DNA of 4,251 nt. Source: a virus. Lineage: Duplodnaviria; Heunggongvirae; Uroviricota; Caudoviricetes. The position numbers and the translations under genes are program-made. Below, one piece after another: positions 1 through 4,251 of this stretch. The stretch lies in the IMG/VR virus record IMGVR_UViG_2648501485_000018; one strand, given 5' to 3'. A model generated the notes under the pieces. The model did not search any database, was not told where the DNA came from, and saw only the letters and a list, made by a program, of their open reading frames with translations. The stretch's first letter is position 1. Every line of letters begins with the position of its first letter.

Positions 1-3000
1 TCCCGGATAGCTATACGCTATTCCGTTAAAGATAATGGGCGGAATAATGATTTGACGGTCAAAGTTATGATCATCGCTGATGGTGACTGTAACCGTCCCG
101 TTTGGTGTTTCCGTGTTACCCCACGTACCAGCCTGTTTCGGAAATGATTTGGATACAGCTTTAACGAAATCCCCTCTGACTTGGGTCGCCTCCAGCATGC
201 CCTTAATCGTACAGTTTTCATTTACCGTGACATTGTTGAGCGTCCCGGCGTTCGCATTCACACTGCCACTGATATCCGCATTTTTAGCAGTCAGCTTTCC
301 GTCCGGTGTCAGGGAAAATGCCGGTGGATTGCCACCGCTGGTAATAGTGGGGGCCGTCAGGCGTTTCAGGAACACGTCATTCATGAATATCTGGTTGCCC
401 TGCGCCACAAACATCGGCGTTTCATTCCCGTTTGCCGGGTCAATAAACGCGATACGGTTAGCGGCAACCAGAAACTGGCTCAGCTTGCCTTCCTCCGCGT
501 CCTCCATGCTGAGGCCAATACCCGCGACATAATGTTTGCCGTCTTTGGTCTGCTCAATTTTGACGCCCCACATGGCATTCCATTTATCGTTAGCGTCCTT
601 CCACTCTTTCGAAAACTCCTCCAGTTTGCTGGCGTTATCCTCCGTCAGCTCAAAGTTTTCCAGCAGTTCCTTGCCGAGATGCGTTTTATTGATCAACCCT
701 TTATAAAAATTCAGATAACCTTCCGCATCATCGCTCGCCCGACCGACGGCCTCCACAAATGCCGATTTACCTACGGTGTTCACGCTGCGGATATAAAAGT
801 AATAATCATAACCCGGCTTAATATTGCTACTGGCGGCTATCCAGTACAGCGCCGTACCAAGATAACGCGCGCTGGTTTCAACCTGCCTGATATCGATAAT
901 CCGCTTTTCCGAGAACCAGAACTCAAACTGCACCGTCGGGTCATATACAGCCAGTTTCGGGACCGCTGTTATCTGAAAATACCCTGGTATCAGTTCAATA
1001 GTGACAGGCGCTGCCGGTGCCGCAATCCGGAACGATACCGATGCCGGATCGCCCTGCTGCCCCCACGCATTTACCGCCCGGACTGTCAGCGTGTAACGCC
1101 CCAGCGCCAGTTGCGTGAAGCGGTATGTGGTTTCCGTCGTCCGGGCCGTGCTGACCAGCCGCTCACTGCCGTCGTCCGCTGTTACGGTCAGACGGAGCAG
1201 GAAGCTCACGCCCTTCACCACCTTCGGTGTGTCCCAGCGCGCCAGCACCTGATACTCCCCGCTGTCTGCGGTGACTTCGGCAGTCAGGTGCTGCACCGCT
1301 GGCGGCGTGACACCATTCACCGTGCCGCTCTGGTCGCCGTCAAAGTGCGCCCCGTTATCCACGATGGCCTCTTTTTCCGGGACATGCTGCACGGCTGTGA
1401 CAGCGTACGTGCCGTCGTCGTTCTCACGGACACTCACGCAGCGGAACAGGCGCTGGCGCAACGTCGGCAGCTTCAGCCCCCATACGCTGTATTCAGCAAC
1501 ACCGTCAGGAACACGGCTCACTTTTACCTTCACGCCGTCGGTGACGGACTGAACCTCCACGCTGACCGGATTGCCACTTCCGTCAACCAGGCTTATCAGC
1601 GTGGTACCGGAGGATGGCAGCGTGATTTCACGGTCGAGCGTCAGCGTCCGGGTCTGGCTGTTCACCGCCAGCACACGACCACCGGTGCTGATACCGGCAT
1701 AGTCATCATCACAGATTTCAATGACATCGCCCGGCACATGGCGAAGCCCTTCTGCGCCCACGCAGAAGTCCACGGTCTGCGTTTCCAGCAGTTCTGTTTT
1801 AATCAGCCACAGCCCGGCGCGGTGTGCCTGCCCCCGGCTGGTACAGCCAAAAGCATCCATCTTCGTGACGTTACGACCATAACGGGCAATGGCCTGCGAA
1901 TCCTCCACAAGCTCTGTCGCCGTCTCCCAGCCGTTATCCGGGTCAATCCAGTTAACCTCAACAGCATTATGGCGGTCCTTCAGGGCGCTAAAACTGTAGC
2001 GGAACGGCGCGCCATCATCCGGCATCACCACATTACTGCGGTTATAGGTCCACACCTTATCCGACGGTCGGTCCTGCACGAACGTCAGCGTCTGCCCGTT
2101 CCATACCGGCATACAGCGCATCGCCGAGCAGAAATCACTGAGCACATCCCACGCCTTGCGCTGTGTGGTCAGGTACGCATTACAGGTGATGCGCGGCTCC
2201 GTGCCGCCAAAGCCGTCCGGCACCGACTGGTCGCAGTACTGGCCGATGACATACAGCGCCCATTTATCCACATCCGCCGCACCAAGACGTTTCCCCATGC
2301 CGTAGCGCGGATGGGTAAGCATATCCCACAGACACCAGGCCATGTTGTTGCTGTATGCCGGTTTAAACGTTCCGTCCCAAATACCGCTGTATTGCCGCGT
2401 CTGCGGGTTATAGTTCGACGGCACCTGCAGAATGCGCCCGCGAAGATGATAATTACGGCTCACCTGCTGGCTGCCGAACTGCTCCGAATCCACCTGTACG
2501 CCGACCAGTGCCGTGTTCGGGTAGCACTGTTTCACATCGATGATTTCGGTGTATGACGACCAGAGCGTTTTGTTCTGCAGCTGGTCTGTGGTGCTGTCCG
2601 GCGTCATCCTGCGCATCCGGATATTGAACGGGCGCGCCGGCAGGTTACCCACCACCACCGAGGCCAGATACTGCGAGGTGGTTTTGCCCTTAATGGTGAT
2701 GTCTTTTTCCGTCACCCAGCCACCGTTACGCTGTATCTGAACCAGCAGGCGGACTTCCGACGGATTCCGGTCCCCCTTTGAGGTGGTTTCCACCAGTGCC
2801 TGCACACCGAAGGTAAAACGCAGACGATCGATGTTTGCAGACGTGATAGTGCGGGTGATCGGCGTGTCGTATTTCACTTCCGTACCCAGCACCGTCTCAG
2901 AGCCGGAGGATTCAAATCCCTCCGGCGGAGTCTGCTCCTGCTCACCAGCCCGGAACACCACCGTGACACCGGAGATATTGGTATTACCCTCACTGTCCAG

Positions 3001-3156
3001 CACCGGCGTACTGTTCAGCAGCACGCTTTTTAATCCATCCACCGGACCGTCAATCGGCCCTTCACTGATGGCATCAATCACACTCAGCAGCTGCGAGGAC
3101 TTCAGGTTGTCCTTCGCTTCGCGCGGGGTATGCCCCTTACTGCTGCCTTTACCCAT
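1..3156 (-). CDS. J: Tail tip central fibre / host specificity protein J (lambda gpJ family); 3' end beyond the window, 1052 codons present
   Basis: ATG at 3156..3154 on the minus strand, preceded by GGAG (plus 3165..3168) with an 8-nt spacer. Hand translation gives [19 protein letters not shown] at the N-terminus, [20 protein letters not shown] from 2041..2100, and [20 protein letters not shown] from 1021..1080 (FN3-like region), all in the same frame. These match my recollection of lambda gpJ. Codons in 1..360 were checked one by one and contain no stop, so the ORF runs off the left edge. It is absent from the ORF track only because it has no stop inside the window. Lambda gpJ is about 1132 aa, so roughly 80 codons are missing. 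Confidence 0.95.
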   Translation of the reverse strand, partial: MGKGSSKGHTPREAKDNLKSSQLLSVIDAISEGPIDGPVDGLKSVLLNSTPVLDSEGNTNISGVTVVFRAGEQEQTPPEGFESSGSETVLGTEVKYDTPITRTITSANIDRLRFTFGVQALVETTSKGDRNPSEVRLLVQIQRNGGWVTEKDITIKGKTTSQYLASVVVGNLPARPFNIRMRRMTPDSTTDQLQNKTLWSSYTEIIDVKQCYPNTALVGVQVDSEQFGSQQVSRNYHLRGRILQVPSNYNPQTRQYSGIWDGTFKPAYSNNMAWCLWDMLTHPRYGMGKRLGAADVDKWALYVIGQYCDQSVPDGFGGTEPRITCNAYLTTQRKAWDVLSDFCSAMRCMPVWNGQTLTFVQDRPSDKVWTYNRSNVVMPDDGAPFRYSFSALKDRHNAVEVNWIDPDNGWETATELVEDSQAIARYGRNVTKMDAFGCTSRGQAHRAGLWLIKTELLETQTVDFCVGAEGLRHVPGDVIEICDDDYAGISTGGRVLAVNSQTRTLTLDREITLPSSGTTLISLVDGSGNPVSVEVQSVTDGVKVKVSRVPDGVAEYSVWGLKLPTLRQRLFRCVSVRENDDGTYAVTAVQHVPEKEAIVDNGAHFDGDQSGTVNGVTPPAVQHLTAEVTADSGEYQVLARWDTPKVVKGVSFLLRLTVTADDGSERLVSTARTTETTYRFTQLALGRYTLTVRAVNAWGQQGDPASVSFRIAAPAAPVTIELIPGYFQITAVPKLAVYDPTVQFEFWFSEKRIIDIRQVETSARYLGTALYWIAASSNIKPGYDYYFYIRSVNTVGKSAFVEAVGRASDDAEGYLNFYKGLINKTHLGKELLENFELTEDNASKLEEFSKEWKDANDKWNAMWGVKIEQTKDGKHYVAGIGLSMEDAEEGKLSQFLVAANRIAFIDPANGNETPMFVAQGNQIFMNDVFLKRLTAPTITSGGNPPAFSLTPDGKLTAKNADISGSVNANAGTLNNVTVNENCTIKGMLEATQVRGDFVKAVSKSFPKQAGTWGNTETPNGTVTVTISDDHNFDRQIIIPPIIFNGIAYSYPG

Positions 3157-3170
3157 TCCTCACGCTCCAT

Positions 3171-3198
3171 AAACGACAAAACCGCCCGCAGGCGGTTT
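3171..3198 (-). terminator. Perfect 8-bp inverted repeat (stem-loop) followed by a U-rich tract in the I-J spacer; possible weak intrinsic terminator or RNA-stability hairpin
   Basis: Plus 3179..3186 aaaccgcc, loop 3187..3190 cgca, plus 3191..3198 ggcggttt, which are exact reverse complements. On the minus-strand transcript the stem AAACCGCC-UGCG-GGCGGUUU is followed by UGUCGUUUAU, then the J ribosome-binding site and ATG. Confidence 0.3.
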
Positions 3199-3216
3199 CA
3201 CATAAAACATTCTGCA

Positions 3217-3483
3217 TCAGCGACCAATCACCACAACCTGACCACCATCCCCTTCATCTGCCGTGCTGATCTCCTGAGAAACCACACGAGACCCCACACG
3301 CATTTCACCGTACAGAACGGGCAGAACATTGCCCTGGGCAACCATGTTATCCAGTGAGGAGAAATAGGTGTTCTGCTTACCGTTATCCGTTGTCTGCGTT
3401 CGGGGAGTTCGGGCTTTAGGAGCCAGCATCTGTGCAACACCACCAAGCGTCATCACTGGCACCCAGAGAAAACAGAAGATCAC
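3217..3483 (-). pseudogene. I: Tail assembly protein I, C-terminal conserved portion in a different frame from the N-terminal part (frame-disrupted I gene)
   Basis: ORF-track protein ...LGGVAQMLAPKARTPRTQTTDNGKQNTYFSSLDNMVAQGNVLPVLYGEMRVGSRVVSQEISTADEGDGGQVVVIGR corresponds to the C-terminal 76 residues of lambda gpI as I recall them. 3860 and 3483 are in different codon phases, so this is a different frame from the N-terminal ORF. Stop TGA at 3219..3217. Possible restart codons are GTG 3483..3481 (overlapping the upstream TGA as GTGA) and ATG 3453..3451. Confidence 0.65.
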
Positions 3484-3860
3484 TCGAAAGCAATACCGAC
3501 TCCCGGCATCCAGATAGCAACAGCAATAACAGCCGCACCCAGCACTGCCTGAAAAACACCGCCACTTTTAGCACCCGCCAGACGCGGCACAATGTGGATC
3601 ACGGCACCATTTGCCAGCGGCTCATTAAGACGGGCAGATAATTCGGTTTCACCTGCATCACGCCCGGCAATCCGCACCTGATACCAGCCCTCATTCAGTT
3701 TCTGACGAAACGCCGGGAGCTGTGTGGCCAGCGCACGGATAGCTTCAGCCCCCGTTTTCACACGAAGGTCGATGCGGCGACCAAATCGTTGTAAATCCCC
3801 GTAAAGGCAGATGCGTGCCATGCCCGGTGACGCCAGAGGGAGTGTGTGCGTCGCTGCCAT
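3480..3860 (-). CDS. I: Tail assembly protein I (lambda gpI family), N-terminal portion; frame ends prematurely at TGA 3482..3480
   Basis: ORF-track protein MAATHTLPLASPGMARICLYGDLQRFGRRIDLRVKTGAEAIRALATQLPAFRQKL... matches the lambda gpI N-terminus as I recall it. ATG at 3860..3858 lies 103 nt inside the 3' end of K, the same overlap I recall for lambda K/I. Similarity to gpI is lost after about codon 110 (VLGAA, near plus 3531), and the frame stops after 126 codons. Confidence 0.8.
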   Translation of the reverse strand: MAATHTLPLASPGMARICLYGDLQRFGRRIDLRVKTGAEAIRALATQLPAFRQKLNEGWYQVRIAGRDAGETELSARLNEPLANGAVIHIVPRLAGAKSGGVFQAVLGAAVIAVAIWMPGVGIAFE

Positions 3861-4251
3861 TTGTCGGTATACCTCTCTCGTTTACTCAGTTGTTCAGGAA
3901 TATGGTGCAGCAGCTCGCCGTCACCACAGTAAATGGCGGCATGATTCGGCACCGATGAACCAAAACAGCACAGCAGCACATCGCCCGGCTGCGCCGCTGA
4001 CAACGGCACCTGATACAGCCCTGTGGCCTCCAGATTATCCAGATAGAGATTCTGACCGTTACGCCACCAGTCATCCTCACGATGAAAATCCGGCATCTCA
4101 ATCCCCGCCAGATGGTAAGCGTCCCGGAACAGCGTGTAACAGTCCGTCACCCCGTGCTCAAAGCGCCGCCCGGTAAGATGTGGCACACAGCGGAACTTGT
4201 GAATCGCCCCCCGGCAGACCAGCCACCACGGCAAATCACTCTGCACCTGCA
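3758..4251 (-). CDS. K: Tail tip assembly protein K (lambda gpK family), C-terminal NlpC/P60-like domain; 5' end beyond the window
   Basis: ORF-track protein (V/M)QSDLPWWLVCRGAIHKFRCVPHLTGRRFEHGVTDCYTLFRDAYHLAGIEMPDFHREDDWWRNGQNLYLDNLEATGLYQVPLSAAQPGDVLLCCFGSSVPNHAAIYCGDGELLHHIPEQLSKRERYTDKWQRRTHSLWRHRAWHASAFTGIYNDLVAASTFV matches lambda gpK residues from about 85 to the C-terminus as I recall them. The M at 4246 is an internal GTG (Val); the frame stays open to the window edge (the preceding bases read ..CTG CAG = LQ). Candidate catalytic Cys in the VTDCYTLF motif (codon at plus 4139..4141). Stop TGA at 3760..3758. Confidence 0.93.
   Translation of the reverse strand, partial: QVQSDLPWWLVCRGAIHKFRCVPHLTGRRFEHGVTDCYTLFRDAYHLAGIEMPDFHREDDWWRNGQNLYLDNLEATGLYQVPLSAAQPGDVLLCCFGSSVPNHAAIYCGDGELLHHIPEQLSKRERYTDKWQRRTHSLWRHRAWHASAFTGIYNDLVAASTFV

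Noticed and set aside
18-221. Minus-strand 67-aa ORF near the left edge
   Set aside because: It is an alternative frame within the J coding region. The J frame is open and gpJ-like across the same nucleotides.
181-2556. Very long plus-strand ORF of 791 aa
   Set aside because: It lies entirely antisense to the J coding frame, whose translation matches lambda gpJ over the whole region. The predicted protein is Arg/His/Pro-rich low-complexity sequence with no recognisable motifs. Long stop-free antisense frames are expected opposite GC-rich genes with strong codon bias.
2646-2660. ccaccaccacc run and several near-matches to the Chi octamer GCTGGTGG
   Set aside because: The run encodes Val-Val-Val-Gly in J. 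I found no exact Chi octamer on either strand by eye, and near-matches are not functional Chi sites.
3228-3446. Minus-strand 72-aa ORF overlapping the I C-terminal region
   Set aside because: It is out of frame with the conserved gpI C-terminal translation, which occupies the 3217..3483 frame.
3451-3483. Possibility that the I frame break is a programmed ribosomal frameshift like the lambda G/GT site
   Set aside because: No slippery heptamer of the X XXY YYZ type is apparent at the break. Homology passes through three frames in about 30 nt, which fits accumulated indels better than a single programmed shift, and no programmed frameshift is known in lambda I. Left as an unlikely alternative.
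80-3641. Other plus-strand ORFs in the track (80..532, 1271..1552, 2540..2740, 2783..3172, 3130..3357, 3432..3641)
   Set aside because: All are antisense to or out of frame with the J and I coding sequences, have no plausible ribosome-binding sites or recognisable protein motifs, and are best explained as chance open frames.
3811-4176. Plus-strand ORF of 121 aa antisense to K, and minus-strand ORF 3886..4101 (71 aa) in an alternative frame inside K
   Set aside because: Both sit inside the well-supported K coding region in the wrong frame or on the wrong strand; their translations are Arg/Cys/Pro-rich nonsense.
1-4251. CRISPR arrays, tRNA/rRNA genes, IS elements or defence-system genes
   Set aside because: No direct-repeat/spacer periodicity, no tRNA-like cloverleaf candidates, no terminal inverted repeats with a transposase ORF. 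The window is almost fully occupied by the three tail genes.

Overview
This window is the tail-tip assembly module of a lambda-like (lambdoid siphovirus) phage or prophage, probably in an enterobacterial host, with all genes on the minus strand in the lambda order K, I, J. About 97% of the window is coding. The K homolog (NlpC/P60-type tail tip assembly protein) is partial at 3758..4251, its start lying beyond the right edge. The I homolog (3217..3860) has a broken reading frame. The J homolog (central tail fibre / host specificity protein) runs from 3156 to position 1 and continues past the left edge. All plus-strand ORFs in the track, including the 791-aa ORF at 181..2556, are antisense artefacts of the GC-rich J gene. 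I found no RNA genes, CRISPR array, transposon or defence-system-like genes, and no evidence for a novel system. The points worth a second look are the disrupted I gene, the J C-terminal region that departs from canonical lambda J, and a hairpin with a U-tract in the 60-nt I-J spacer. Comparisons to lambda proteins are from memory, not from a database search.
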